Notes: generated by a model from the sequence alone, not told the origin. A stretch of DNA of 64,000 nt from an uncultured Gemmataceae bacterium (GCA_963750165.1 CAVVPN010000003.1:3232001-3296000), one strand, 5' to 3'; counted from the stretch's first letter, positions 27,116-43,866 are shown. Translations and numbers: made by a program.

Positions 27116-28030
27116 ATGAACGCCAGGGCACTGTTCGGACTGATCAGGGACACCTTCATTGAGTGGAACAACGACCGGGCGCCGCGGATGGGCGCGGCGC
27201 TGGCCTATTACACGGCGTTCTCCCTGGCGCCGCTGATGGTCATCGCCATCGGCATCGCCGGTCTGGTGTTCGGCGAACAGGCGGCGCGCGGCGAGATCGT
27301 CACGGAGCTGGCGGCCACCCTCGGCCGGCCCGCGGCGACGGCCATCGAAAACATCCTGCGTGAGAACGACCAGACCGGCAACTACCTGGCGTCCCTGCTC
27401 GGACTGGTCATGCTGCTGGTCGGCGCCTCCGGCGTGTTCATGGAACTGGAGGACGCCCTGAACACCATCTGGAAAGTGCCGCCGAGCAAGAGCGCCACCT
27501 GGCTCGCGTTCCTCCGCGACCGGGCGCTGTCGTTCACACTGGTGCTGTGTACCGGTTTTCTGCTGCTGGTGTCGCTGCTCATCACCGCGGCGCTGGCGGC
27601 CGTCGATCACCTGTTGACGCCGGCGTCGGTCCCCGGCGGCGTGCTGCTCTGGCGGCTCAGCAACGCCGCGGTCACGTACCTGTTTATCACCCTGCTGTTC
27701 GCGCTGCTCTTCAAGTATGTGCCCCACGCCCGCGTGGCCTGGAAGGACGTGTGGCTCGGCGCCGCGGGGACGGCCCTGCTGTTCACGGCTGGCAAGTATT
27801 TGCTGGGGCTGTATCTGGGGGTGAGCACCATCGTGTCCGCCTTCGGCGCCGCCGGCTCGCTGGCAGTCGTGCTGGTGTGGGTCTACTTCTCGGCGCAAAT
27901 CCTGCTGCTCGGCGCCGAGTTCAGCCACCTGTACGCCCAGCGTTTCGGCTCGCACCGCGGCGAGCCAGAACCCAAGCCCTGCCCCGCGCCGCCGGCGACG
28001 CCGCAGCAGGCCGACAAGGTGACGGTGTAA
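27116..28030 (+). CDS. YihY/BrkB family membrane protein
   Basis: GAALAYYT.FSLAPL, LEDALN.IW, FGAAGSL...LVWVYFSAQILLLGAEF. Confidence 0.92.
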   Translation: MNARALFGLIRDTFIEWNNDRAPRMGAALAYYTAFSLAPLMVIAIGIAGLVFGEQAARGEIVTELAATLGRPAATAIENILRENDQTGNYLASLLGLVMLLVGASGVFMELEDALNTIWKVPPSKSATWLAFLRDRALSFTLVLCTGFLLLVSLLITAALAAVDHLLTPASVPGGVLLWRLSNAAVTYLFITLLFALLFKYVPHARVAWKDVWLGAAGTALLFTAGKYLLGLYLGVSTIVSAFGAAGSLAVVLVWVYFSAQILLLGAEFSHLYAQRFGSHRGEPEPKPCPAPPATPQQADKVTV

Positions 28031-28039
28031 CTGTGTCCC

Positions 28040-28137
28040 TTCTTTTCTGTCGCTTGCGGCTTGGCGCGTTCGGAAGAAAAGAGCGCCTCCGAGTCGTCTT
28101 TGTTTCCGAGCGCGCAAGCCGCAAGCGGCAGAAAGAA
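28040..28137. repeat. REP-like imperfect palindrome between convergent genes
   Basis: TTTCTGTCGCTTGCGGCTTG ... CAAGCCGCAAGCGGCAGAAA. Confidence 0.75.
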
Positions 28138-28145
28138 CAACCGGG

Positions 28146-31602
<3,457 letters not shown>

Positions 31603-31651
31603 GGCATGATCTCCGTTTCCCAGGTTGCGCGGGCGCGCTAATGAGGCTGCG

Positions 31652-31667
31652 TGCTAGTTCTGTACCG
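31652..31667 (-). promoter_or_regulatory. Possible sigma54 promoter of treS
   Basis: CGGTACAGAACTAGCA keeps GG-N10-GC spacing. Confidence 0.4.
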
Positions 31668-31676
31668 GGTATTTTG

Positions 31677-31692
31677 TGGCACTGGATTTGCC
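31677..31692 (+). promoter_or_regulatory. Putative sigma54 promoter of the treZ operon
   Basis: TGGCACTGGATTTGCC. Confidence 0.7.
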
Positions 31693-31732
31693 TGACAAGC
31701 GGCAAGGTGATTCTCAGGCGGAGAACTTGATG

Positions 31733-31795
31733 GGTCCGAGCCCGAGCGCCAGCGCGGGGCCAGCGCTGCCCCGCGCTGGCGCTCGGGCTCGGACC
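31733..31795. repeat. REP-like perfect palindrome upstream of treZ
   Basis: 28-bp arms GGTCCGAGCCCGAGCGCCAGCGCGGGGC, 7-nt loop. Confidence 0.9.
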
Positions 31796-31845
31796 AGGAA
31801 CCAGAATCGCCAAGGCACTGTTGTATTGGGAAAAAGGATTTCGGT

Positions 31846-33731
31846 ATGAAACGAAGGAAGTTTCCCATCGGGGCGGAGGTGCAGGAGGGCGGCGTCCATT
31901 TCCGCGTGTGGGCGCCCGAACGGCGGCGCGTGGAAGTGGTGCTGGAATCGGCGGACGGCGGCGAAAGCCAGGTCCACGAGCTGGCGGCGGAGGCGGACGG
32001 CTATCACGCCGGCTTCGTGGCTGGCGTCGGTGCCGGGGCACGCTATCGCTACCGTCTCGACGGCGACAGGCAGCGCTACCCCGACCCGGCATCGCGCTTC
32101 CAGCCGGAGGGGCCGCACGGCCCGTCGCAGGTGATCGACCCGACCGCCTTCGCCTGGACCGACCAGGGCTGGCGCGGCGCCGGTATCGCGGGACAGGTGA
32201 TTTACGAGATGCATCTCGGCACCTTCACGCGGGAGGGCACCTGGGAGGCGGCGGCGCGCGAGTTGCCGGAACTGGCCGCCGCCGGCATCACTGTTCTGGA
32301 GGTGATGCCCGTGGCGGAGTTCGCAGGCCAGTTCGGCTGGGGCTACGATGGTGTTGATCTGTTCGCGCCGACGCGGCTGTACGGCACGCCGGATGACTTC
32401 CGCCGTTTCGTCGATCGCGCCCACGCGGCGGGGCTCGGCGTCCTCCTCGACGTGGTGTACAACCACTTCGGCCCGGACGGCTGTTATTTGCGGCCGTTTT
32501 CCGAGCACTACTTTACCGACCGTCACGAGAACGAGTGGGGCGAGGCCATCAATTTCGACAGCGAAGCCGCCGGCCCGGTGCGCGAGTTCTTCGCCACCAA
32601 CGCCGCATACTGGATCGACGAGTTCCATCTGGATGGCCTGCGCCTGGACGCGACGCAGCAGATTTTCGACAACTCCAGGGAGCACATTTTGACGGTCATC
32701 GGCCGGCGCGTGCGCGCGGCGGCCCGCGGCCGGGCGACACTGATTGTCGCGGAGAACGAGCCGCAGGAGACACAGCTGGTGCGGCCGGTGGAGCGCAGCG
32801 GCTACGGCCTGGACGGCCTGTGGAACGACGACTATCACCACAGTGCGATGGTCGCGCTGACGGGGCACAACGAGGCGTATTACACGGACTATCTGGGCGA
32901 CCCACAGGAGTTCATCTCGGCGGTGAAATGGGGCTACCTGTTCCAGGGCCAGCGTTACCTGTGGCAGAAAAAGCGGCGCGGCACACCGGGGCTGGACCTG
33001 CCGCCGGCGGCGTTCGTCAACTTCCTGCAGAATCACGACCAGGTGTCCAACTCCGGCCATGGCCAGCGCTGCCACCTGCTCACCAGCCCGGGCGCTGCAA
33101 GGCGCTGACGGCGCTGACCCTCCTTGGCCCCGGCACGCCCATGCTCTTCCAGGGGCAGGAATTCGCCAGCAGCAGCCCGTTCTTCTACTTCGCGGAGCAC
33201 GAGCCGGAGCTGGCCAAACTGGTACACCAGGGCCGCACCAAGTTCCTGTCGCAGTTCCGCAGCCTGGCGCACTCCGAGGACCAGGCGTGCGTGCCGGACC
33301 CGGCCGACCCGCAGACGTTCGAGCGCTGCAAACTGGACTTCACGGAGCGCGAAACGCATCAACCCCTTTACGACCTGCACCGCGATCTGTTGCGGCTGCG
33401 GCGGGAGGATCCGGCGTTCCGGGCGCAGCGGCCGCGCGGCGTGGACGGGGCGGTGCTGGCGTTCCGGGCTTTCATGCTGCGTTTCTTCGTGGACGGCGGA
33501 GCGGATCGGCTGCTGCTCGTCAACCTGGGACGCGACCTGCACCTGGACCCCGCACCCGAGCCGCTGCTGGCGCCGCCCGCGGGGTGTCGGTGGGAGGTGC
33601 TGTGGTCGAGTGAGGACCTGAAGTACGACGGCGGCGGCACGCCACCGCTGGACACGGAGGAGAACTGGCGCATCCCGGGCGAGGCGGCGGTGGTGCTGCG
33701 ACCACGCCCGGCAACGGCGGACACGGCCTGA
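31846..33731 (+). CDS. treZ: Malto-oligosyltrehalose trehalohydrolase; frameshift near 33093
   Basis: [51 protein letters not shown]. Confidence 0.92.
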
Positions 33732-33842
33732 GTCCGTTGGGCATCACGAGGCCACGTCTGACACGGGGGGTGTGGTGAAAACGTGAGATGAAATGAGTAG
33801 CATCAAGGGCGGCAAGGAGTTATTTCATCTCACCCCCTTGAG

Positions 33843-35900
33843 ATGAAACGGAGAGTGGACATGGAAGACTCAGTGTTGCACATCCCGTGGTCGGCGGACA
33901 ACCGGACGGAGCAACTGGTCAACCGCGAGTGGCTGGTGGCCAACGGCCTGGGCGGCTACGCCTCGGGCACCATCGCCGGGGTGGCCTCGCGCCGCTACCA
34001 CAGTCTGCTGATCGCGGCACTGCCGGCGCCGTTTGGCCGTCGCGTCATGCTCAACCACCTGTCGGAGCTGGTCCGGCTGCCCGACGGCAAGACGTTCCTG
34101 TTTGGCGGCGAGGAGCACACCGGCACGCTGGAGTTGCACGGGGCCGAGTACCTGAAGGGGTTCCGGCTGGAGCAGGGGCTGCCGGTGTGGCGTTACGAGG
34201 TGGGCGGCGTGGCCTTCGAGAAGCGTGTCCTGCTGCCGCACATGCAGAACACCGTCCACGTCAACTATCGCCTGGTGGCGGGCGTGGGTGTGGTGCGGCT
34301 GAAGCTGCGACCGTCGGTCCACTTCCGCCCGCACGAGGCCCCGGTCAGCGACCAGCACGTGGGGCCCTACACCCTCACCTGCGTCGATGGCCGCTATGAA
34401 CTGTCGGACAAATCCACCCTGCCGCCGCTGCGGATGTACCTGCACGGCAGCCAGCCGGCGTTCACCCTGGACGGCAAGGAACTGAGCAACATCCTCTACC
34501 GCGTGGAGGAGAACCGCGGCTATGAGCACGTGGGCACTCTCTGGAGCCCTGGGTATTTCCGTGTGGACCTGAGCCGGGACCACGCGGCCACGCTCGTCGC
34601 CTCGACCGAGTCGTGGGAAACCATCCTGGCGCTGCACCCGGCCGAGGCGCTGCACGCAGAGCGCGAGCGGCGGCACCGGCTGGTGGCGGCGGCGCTGCCG
34701 GAGCTGCGCGACGGCCCGGCCCGCGAGCTGGTGCTGGCGGCGGACCAGTTCCTGATTACGCCGGCGGGCCGCATCGCCGACGCCGCCCGCGCCCACGCCG
34801 CCGGTGACGAGGTGCGGACAGTGATCGCCGGCTATCACTGGTTCACGGACTGGGGCCGTGACACCATGATTAGCCTGGAGGGCCTGACCCTGGTCACGGG
34901 CCGACAGGCCGAGGCCGGTTACATCCTGCGCACCTTCGCGCACTACGTCCGGGACGGCCTGATTCCCAACATGTTCCCCGAGGGCGAGAAGGAGGGCCTG
35001 TACCACACCGTGGACGCGACGCTGTGGTTCTTCCACGCCCTGGATCGCTATCTGCAAGCGACCAATGACCGCGTGACGCTGCGGCTGTTGCTGCCCAAAT
35101 TGCAGGACATCATCGACCACCACGTCAAGGGGACGCGCTTCAACATTCACGTGGACCCGAAGGACGGACTGCTGAGCCAGGGGGCCGACGGGTATCAGTT
35201 GACGTGGATGGACGCCAAGGTTGGCGACTGGGTGGTGACGCCGCGGCGCGGCAAGGCGGTGGAGATCAATGCGCTGTGGTACAACGCCCTGCGGCTGCTG
35301 GAGGGCTGGCTGCGTGAGGAACGCGACGCGCATGCGGCCGAAAAAGCCGGCGAGTTAGCGGAGCGCGCGCGGCAGTCGTTCAACGAGCGTTTCTGGTACA
35401 CTCGGGGCGGCTACCTGTATGACGTGGTGGACGGCGAGCACGGCGGCGATGATCCGGCGTGTCGGCCCAACCAGGTGTTCGCGATTTCGCTACCGCATCC
35501 GGTGCTGGAGCAGTCGAAATGGCGGCCGGTGCTGGACGTGGTGACGGAGCGGCTGCTGACGCCGGTGGGGCTGCGGTCGCTGGCGCCGGGCAGTCCGGAC
35601 TACAAGACGAAGTACTACGGCGACCTGCGGGCGCGCGACGCGGCCTATCACCAGGGGACGGTGTGGGCCTGGCTCATCGGCCCGTACCTGGACGCCCGCC
35701 TCAAGGTGTACCCGGAGGACCGCGACCACGCCCGCCGTTACCTGGAGGGCTTCGTCGATCACCTGCACGAGGCGTGTATCGGCTCGATCAGTGAAGTCTT
35801 CGACGCCGAGGCGCCGTACACGCCGCGCGGCTGTGTGGCCCAGGCGTGGAGTGTGGCGGAGGTGTTGCGCTGCTGGGCGAAGGAAGGCATTCGGTCGTAG
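33843..35900 (+). CDS. Glycogen debranching enzyme (amylo-alpha-1,6-glucosidase family); alternative start 33861
   Basis: REWLVANGLGGYASGT, AGYHWFTDWGRDTMISL, QLTWMDAK, YHQGTVWAWL, GCVAQAWS. Confidence 0.92.
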   Translation: MKRRVDMEDSVLHIPWSADNRTEQLVNREWLVANGLGGYASGTIAGVASRRYHSLLIAALPAPFGRRVMLNHLSELVRLPDGKTFLFGGEEHTGTLELHGAEYLKGFRLEQGLPVWRYEVGGVAFEKRVLLPHMQNTVHVNYRLVAGVGVVRLKLRPSVHFRPHEAPVSDQHVGPYTLTCVDGRYELSDKSTLPPLRMYLHGSQPAFTLDGKELSNILYRVEENRGYEHVGTLWSPGYFRVDLSRDHAATLVASTESWETILALHPAEALHAERERRHRLVAAALPELRDGPARELVLAADQFLITPAGRIADAARAHAAGDEVRTVIAGYHWFTDWGRDTMISLEGLTLVTGRQAEAGYILRTFAHYVRDGLIPNMFPEGEKEGLYHTVDATLWFFHALDRYLQATNDRVTLRLLLPKLQDIIDHHVKGTRFNIHVDPKDGLLSQGADGYQLTWMDAKVGDWVVTPRRGKAVEINALWYNALRLLEGWLREERDAHAAEKAGELAERARQSFNERFWYTRGGYLYDVVDGEHGGDDPACRPNQVFAISLPHPVLEQSKWRPVLDVVTERLLTPVGLRSLAPGSPDYKTKYYGDLRARDAAYHQGTVWAWLIGPYLDARLKVYPEDRDHARRYLEGFVDHLHEACIGSISEVFDAEAPYTPRGCVAQAWSVAEVLRCWAKEGIRS

Positions 35901-35934
35901 TGCAGGGCCGCCTGCACCACGAAATGAGGGACCC

Positions 35935-37695
35935 ATGCGTTACCATGCTCTGGCGACCGACTATGACGGCACCCTGGCGCATCACGGCAAGGTGGACGAG
36001 CCGACGCTGGCGGCGCTGGAGCGGCTGCGCGCCACGGGCCGCCGACTGCTGCTCGTCACTGGCCGCGAGCTGGAAGAGTTACTCGGCATCTTCCCGGAGG
36101 TCACACTGTTCGAGTGGGTGGTGGCCGAGAACGGCGCTCTGCTCTACCGACCCGCCGACCGGCAAACCAAACTCCTCGGTGAGTCGCCGCCGGAGCGGTT
36201 CGTTGCGGAACTGCGGCGCCGCGGTGTCGCGCCCTTGTCGGTCGGCCGCAGCATCGTTGCCACCTTTCATCCGAACGAGACGAAGGTGCTGGAGACCATC
36301 CGCGACCTGGGCCTGGAATTACAGGTGATCTTTAACAAGGACGCGGTCATGGTGCTGCCCGCCGGCGTCAACAAGGCGACCGGTCTGCGGGCGGCGCTCC
36401 AGGAACTGGGGCTGTCGCCGCACGAAGTGGTCGGCGTCGGCGACGCCGAGAACGATCACGCCTTCCTGTCCCTGTGCGAGTGCTCCGCGGCCGTGGCCAA
36501 CGCGCTGCCGGCGCTCAAAGATCGGGCCGACCTGGTGACCCGCGGCGCCCAGGGCGCCGGCGTGGCCGAGTTGATCGACCGGCTGGTGGACAATGACCTG
36601 GCCGACCTGGAAGGCAAGATCGCGCGGCACCAGTTGCTGCTGGGCAACCGGGCGGATGGCGGCGAGGAGCGTATCCCGTCTTACGGGCTCAACCTGCTCA
36701 TCGCCGGCCCCTCGGGCAGCGGCAAGTCCACGGCGGCGACCAGTCTCCTCGAACGGCTGGCCGGGCACAAGTATCAGTTCTGCATCATCGACCCGGAGGG
36801 GGACTACGAGGGCCTGAGCGGGGCGGCGGTCCTGGGCAACGCCCAGCAACCGCCGAACGCGGACGAGGTGCTGCAACTGCTGGCCGACCCCGACAAGCAC
36901 GTGGTCGTGAACCTGATCGGACTACCCCTTGCCGACCGGCCGACGTTTTTCCTGTCGCTGCTGCCGCGTCTGCAAGAGATGCGGGCCAGGACGGGCCGGC
37001 CGCACTGGCTGCTGGTGGACGAGGCCCATCACCTGCTACCCGCGGCGTGGGAGCCCGCCCAGATGGCGCTGCCGCAGGAGATGAAGCGCATGGCGTTTGT
37101 CACGGTCCACCCGGACCAGATGTCGGCTGCGGTACTCCACTCGGTAGACCTGGTCATGGCCGTGGGCGAGGAGGCCGAGAAGACCATCGCCAAATTCTGT
37201 GGGGTGGTGGGCGAGCGGCCGCCGCGCGTCCCCGCCGAGTCTGCCGAGTCCACCGAGGTGGTGGTCTGGCGCCGCGACGGCAAGCAGGCCCCGTGTCGGG
37301 TCAAGCTCATCCCGAGCAAGCTGGAGCACCACCGCCACACGCGCAAGTACGCCGAGGGCGAACTGCCGCCGGAGCGGAGCTTTTACTTTCAGGGACCGGA
37401 GGGCAAGCTCAACCTGCGTGCCCAGAACCTCATCCTGTTCCTGCAAATGGCCGAGGGGGTGGACGACGATACCTGGGACTACCATCTGCGCCGCGGCGAC
37501 ATATCCAAATGGTTCCGCGAGAGCATCAAGGATGAAGTGATGGCGGCGGAGGCGGCGGAGGTGGAGGAGCGGCAGGGGTTCTCTGCCGAGGAGAGCCGCA
37601 AGCAGATCCTGGAGATTGTGGAACGGCACTACACGCTGCCCACCTCGGCGCCGCTGCCGATGCCCGGGACGGACACGGAGCCGACGCGGTCGTAG
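35935..37695 (+). CDS. HAD-IIB hydrolase fused to P-loop ATPase domain
   Basis: DYDGT, TGR, GVNKATG, GDAEND; GPSGSGKST and LLVDEAH. Confidence 0.88.
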   Translation: MRYHALATDYDGTLAHHGKVDEPTLAALERLRATGRRLLLVTGRELEELLGIFPEVTLFEWVVAENGALLYRPADRQTKLLGESPPERFVAELRRRGVAPLSVGRSIVATFHPNETKVLETIRDLGLELQVIFNKDAVMVLPAGVNKATGLRAALQELGLSPHEVVGVGDAENDHAFLSLCECSAAVANALPALKDRADLVTRGAQGAGVAELIDRLVDNDLADLEGKIARHQLLLGNRADGGEERIPSYGLNLLIAGPSGSGKSTAATSLLERLAGHKYQFCIIDPEGDYEGLSGAAVLGNAQQPPNADEVLQLLADPDKHVVVNLIGLPLADRPTFFLSLLPRLQEMRARTGRPHWLLVDEAHHLLPAAWEPAQMALPQEMKRMAFVTVHPDQMSAAVLHSVDLVMAVGEEAEKTIAKFCGVVGERPPRVPAESAESTEVVVWRRDGKQAPCRVKLIPSKLEHHRHTRKYAEGELPPERSFYFQGPEGKLNLRAQNLILFLQMAEGVDDDTWDYHLRRGDISKWFRESIKDEVMAAEAAEVEERQGFSAEESRKQILEIVERHYTLPTSAPLPMPGTDTEPTRS

Positions 37696-37749
37696 TACGG
37701 GCGGCCCGGCTGCACACCCTGGTTGTGCAGGTGGGCCGCCCGCACTACG
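37691..37749. repeat. GTAG-type REP-like palindrome (short relative at 35896-35921)
   Basis: CGTAGTACGGGCGGCCCGGCTGCAC ... GTGCAGGTGGGCCGCCCGCACTACG, 22 of 25 paired. Confidence 0.75.
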
Positions 37750-38024
37750 GAAGTCGCAAACGCTGCGCGAGCTACACTGCCGCAGGTTGTCCCCGCCGCC
37801 GCCGCCCTTCTTCCAGCAAGTATTCCAACGACTTTTCCAACCGCTCCAGACCCTGATCGGTGTCGTCGCACGCCGCCTCAAGGTACACGGAAAGCCGTGC
37901 GCCGGGCCGACGTTCCCCCATCAAATCACGACGATGCGCATGGTGGTTTCCTTTCAACTCAAAAGTCGTTTGAGGCCGGTGAAGATGCGCAGATTTTGCG
38001 CGTACTGACAGATTCGCGTTTCCC

Positions 38025-41000
38025 TCACCCCAGAAGCAGCGCCACCGGGAACTGGGCAAACACCTCCGATAGCGCCAGGGATGGCTGTCCGTCCCGGTTC
38101 GCCACCGCCACCATCTCCCCGGTGAACGGACTGCCCAGTCGAGACCTCTCAGACAATCCCGCCAACACCAGCCGCGTGTCCTGCCAGAACTCCCGTCCCA
38201 GCGGCAGGTCGGTCGAGGACATCCACGCCCGGCACAGCAGTCTCGGGACGGCCACGACCGCCCAGCGCTCAGCCTGCCGCCGGGCGAAGGCGAAGACATG
38301 CTCCGCTCGCGGCCCGACCGCCTCCAGCGGCACATATTCCCCCGTGGCGAACAGTCCCGGGTGGTCGCGGCGCTCCTTCAGGGCACGCATGGTCACGTAC
38401 AGCTTGGCACGGCCGTCCTCCAGGGAGCCGAGCAGTTCGCGGGCCAGCGCGGCCAGACCCTTCCCGGAGGCGGTGCGCTCACGCAGCTCGGCCAGCAGTC
38501 GGCGGCGGCGCTCGTAGTCCACCGGCCGCCGATTGTCGGGATCGACCAGGCTGAAGTCCCACAGCTCACAGCCCTGGTAAAAGTCCGGCACCCCCGGCGC
38601 CGCGATCTTCACCAGGGTCTGCGCCAGGGAGTTGAGCAGACCGAAGCGGCTGACCCGGCGCACGAAGGGACGCAGATCGCCCAGGAACGACTTGCTGACC
38701 TGCTCGTCCAGAATGCGTGCGATGAACTGACTCAGGGCGGTATCGTAGTCCTTGTCAGGGTTGATCCAGCTGCTGTGGACCTTGGCCTCATGCAGGGCCT
38801 TGTGCATGTAGTCCTGGATGCGGCGCACGAACGCGGCATGCTCCTCCGGTCCCGGTTCGCCCAGCGGCCAGGCGCCGACCAGGGTCTGGTAAATGAAATA
38901 CTCCTCATTCGGGTCCGGTGCCACGCCTTCTTCCAGGGCCACGCGATGCGGCAGGTTCAGGTGACTCCAGCGCCGCAGACAATCGCGCCACTCGCCCGGC
39001 AGTTCCGAGAGCACGTTGAGCCGGGCGCGCACGTCCTCGCTGCGCTTGGTGTCGTGCGTTGAGGTGGCCGACAGCGCCCACGGCCAGCGCGCCTGCCGCT
39101 CCTGGAAAACGTTGTGCAGGGCGGTCGGCGGCAGACCGAAGCGGCCCGGATCGCCGCCCACCTCGTTCAGCGATAGCAGCCGGTTGTAGATGTAGAAGGC
39201 CGTGTCCTCCATGCCCTTGGCCATGTCCGGCGCCGTCACCTGCTGGAACTTGCCGGCGAAGCGGGCCTGCTCGGCGCGCTGGCGTTCGTCGGCGGCGTCG
39301 GGGTACTTCAGCAGCAGCATGTCGCGGATGAAGAGGTAGTACGCTCGGTTCTGGGCGGGGTTGCGCACCGCGCCCGCTGCACCGCGCGTACGACGTACTT
39401 GCGATCCGAGTCGCTCACGTCGTCCGCGGTGATGTAGGAGCGGTAGACGGGGAAACAGGCGATGACCTCGCGCAGGGCGTGCCGCAGGCTGTGCAACGTG
39501 AAGTCGCGCGACCAGCGGTCGCGCTGCGCCAGCCGGTCCAGCTGGTAGGCCAGCGTGTGCAGTTCGCTCGACAGCGACACCTGCAGAATCAGGAACTTTT
39601 TGCGATAGACGACCTCCGCGAACGGCGTGTCGTCCTGGGTCCAGTCGCGGTACAGCCGGGTGAACTCCTCGGCGTTGGCGGCGTCCACGAACAACCCGTT
39701 TAGCTGGTTGAGGAAGTCGTAGCCGCTGGTGCCGTGGGTCGCCCAGTCCACGGGCAGCGCCTCGGCGGCGCCGAGGATTTTTTCCACGACGACGTACAGG
39801 GGCCAGCCTGCCGGTCCCTCGGCAGGCTGGAAAGCCTGCCCCACGAAAGCGGCGACACGCTCGCGCAGCGGCCCCTCCAGCACCGCCCAGTCCTGGTCCT
39901 CCGCCAGCTCCCGGGCGCGGGCCAGGACGAAGTGCTCCTGCAGCCGGCGCAGGTACTGCCGCGGATCGTACAGGCCGTCGGGGTGGTCGATACGCAGGCC
40001 GTCGATCTGGCCCTCGGCCAGCAGCTTCAGCACCAGGGCGTGCGTGGCCTCGAACACCTCCGGCCGCTCCATGCTCAGCGCCGCCAGGTCGTTCACGTCG
40101 AAGAAGCGGCGGTAGTTGATCTCGTCGGCGGCGACGCGCCAGAAGCACAGTCGATACGCCTGGTCGTCGAGCAGTTCGTCAAGCAGGTCGAAGCTGCGTG
40201 GGTCGCCCGGCGTGCCGTTGAACTGCGCCACCGTCTCGGCCAGGAAGTCGCCCACCGCGGCGCTCTCCTGCGTCAGCACTGCCAGGCGGCGCTTGATGAC
40301 CTCCTTCTCGCGCTGCCGTTCGGCCACCTTTTCCGGGCCCGTCTCGGTGCGCCGTGGCAGGTGCTTCACCGCGGTCAGGATGCTCTGGTACTCCACCAGT
40401 GCCGGGTCATCCTTGCCCAGGCGCCGTTCCAGTTCCTCCAGGCGGTAGCCGAGGATGAGGCCGTAACTGCGCGGCGCCACCGGCCAGCTGTGCTCGAAGT
40501 AGGTCACGGTGAAAGCGCCCGCGGCGTATTCCAGCTTGATCTGCTGCGACTCCAGTACCTTGCCGTAGGGCTCGCCCAGCACCGGCAGCAGCACACGGCC
40601 GTGCAGTTCCGGCCGCGGCGAGGCGAACCAGGAGATGTCGAAGAAATTGGCGTAGGGCGAGGCCGGGCCGTTCTCCAGCACGTCGTTCCACCACGGGTTC
40701 TCGTTGCCGAGCACGCCCATGTGGTTCGGCACCATGTCGAGGATCTGGCCCAACCCGTTCTGGTGCAGCGCGTCCACGAACGCGGCGTAGGCCGCGTCGG
40801 TGCCGATCTCGGGGTTGAGGACACGGTGGTCGATGATGTCGTAACCGTGCTGGCTACCGGGTCGCGCTTTCAGGTACGGCGAGGCGTAGCAGTGGGTGAT
40901 GCCCAGGTCGCGCAGGTACGGCACCAGTCGGGCGGCGTCACGGAAGGTGAAGCCGGCGTGGAACTGCAACCGATAGGTCGCCTCCGGGAAGCGCCGCGGC

Positions 41001-41055
41001 GCGCGGCCAGATCCTGGAGCGTCCGGTCCAGCAGCGCGTCGATCACCTGATCCAT
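38025..41055 (-). CDS. treY: Malto-oligosyltrehalose synthase; frameshifts near 40995 and 39367
   Basis: PEATYRLQF, GSQHGYD, INYRRFFDVNDL, GLRIDHPDGL, STHDTKRSEDVRAR, SLVDPDNRRPVDY. Confidence 0.92.
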
Positions 41056-41060
41056 GATTT

Positions 41061-41164
41061 TGTCATTAGTCATTAGTCATTAGTCATTAGTTATTAGTTA
41101 TCAGGCTTCAAGGCCCGGAGGTTTCGCCCACCACTTCAACCCTGATAACGAATGACTAATGACA
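41061..41164. repeat. Inverted heptamer tandem repeat (GTCATTA)n/(TAATGAC)n between glgX and treY
   Basis: 6 units at 41062-41103 facing 3 units at 41143-41163. Confidence 0.93.
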
Positions 41165-41170
41165 TCCTCC

Positions 41171-43402
<2,232 letters not shown>

Positions 43403-43580
43403 GGATTTTCCTCAATTTGAGTCGTTGCCTTCCCAGACAGATCGGGCCGCCGTTTGCCGGCGGCGCTGTGGGATTGTGCGTATTTCACCACGCCCGTCCA
43501 CGCTGCACACCACGGTGCAAGAACCCGCGGACGCGCTCTGCGTCTCAGGGGAAGGCGACCTTTTTGCCGCCGGCCCAGTG

Positions 43581-43596
43581 AGCAAACACGGTGCCA
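43581..43596 (-). promoter_or_regulatory. Putative sigma54 promoter of glgX-treY
   Basis: TGGCACCGTGTTTGCT, near consensus. Confidence 0.72.
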
Positions 43597-43649
43597 GGAA
43601 CGCGGCGCTCCGGAGGTTTGGCGCGGTCGTTCCCCGAACCCGCGCTGCC

Positions 43650-43748
43650 TGGTATAATGTATAGAGGAAGTGCCAGGGAAGGCTTTCATCTCGTATCATC
43701 TCACAGACACCCCTACCAGCCCAGGGGTCGCGCAGATTCCCCGCCCAC
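43650..43748 (+). promoter_or_regulatory. Extended -10 promoter (TGgTATAAT) followed by a conserved ~85-nt non-coding motif (copy A)
   Basis: Aligns with 58094-58179. Confidence 0.6.
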
Positions 43749-43866
43749 AACCCCTGACCCCGCACTATCACAGGTTCGGACGAACTCACGGCAGCAGGCG
43801 GTATCCAGGTGAGCCGGGCGGAGCTACAACAGTGGAAGCCCCACTCCGAGCAACCGGGAGATTCAC

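Noticed and set aside
37772..38020. Minus-strand protein-like fragment (GLERLEKSLEYLLEEG)
   Set aside because: No start or recognisable family; cannot support a call
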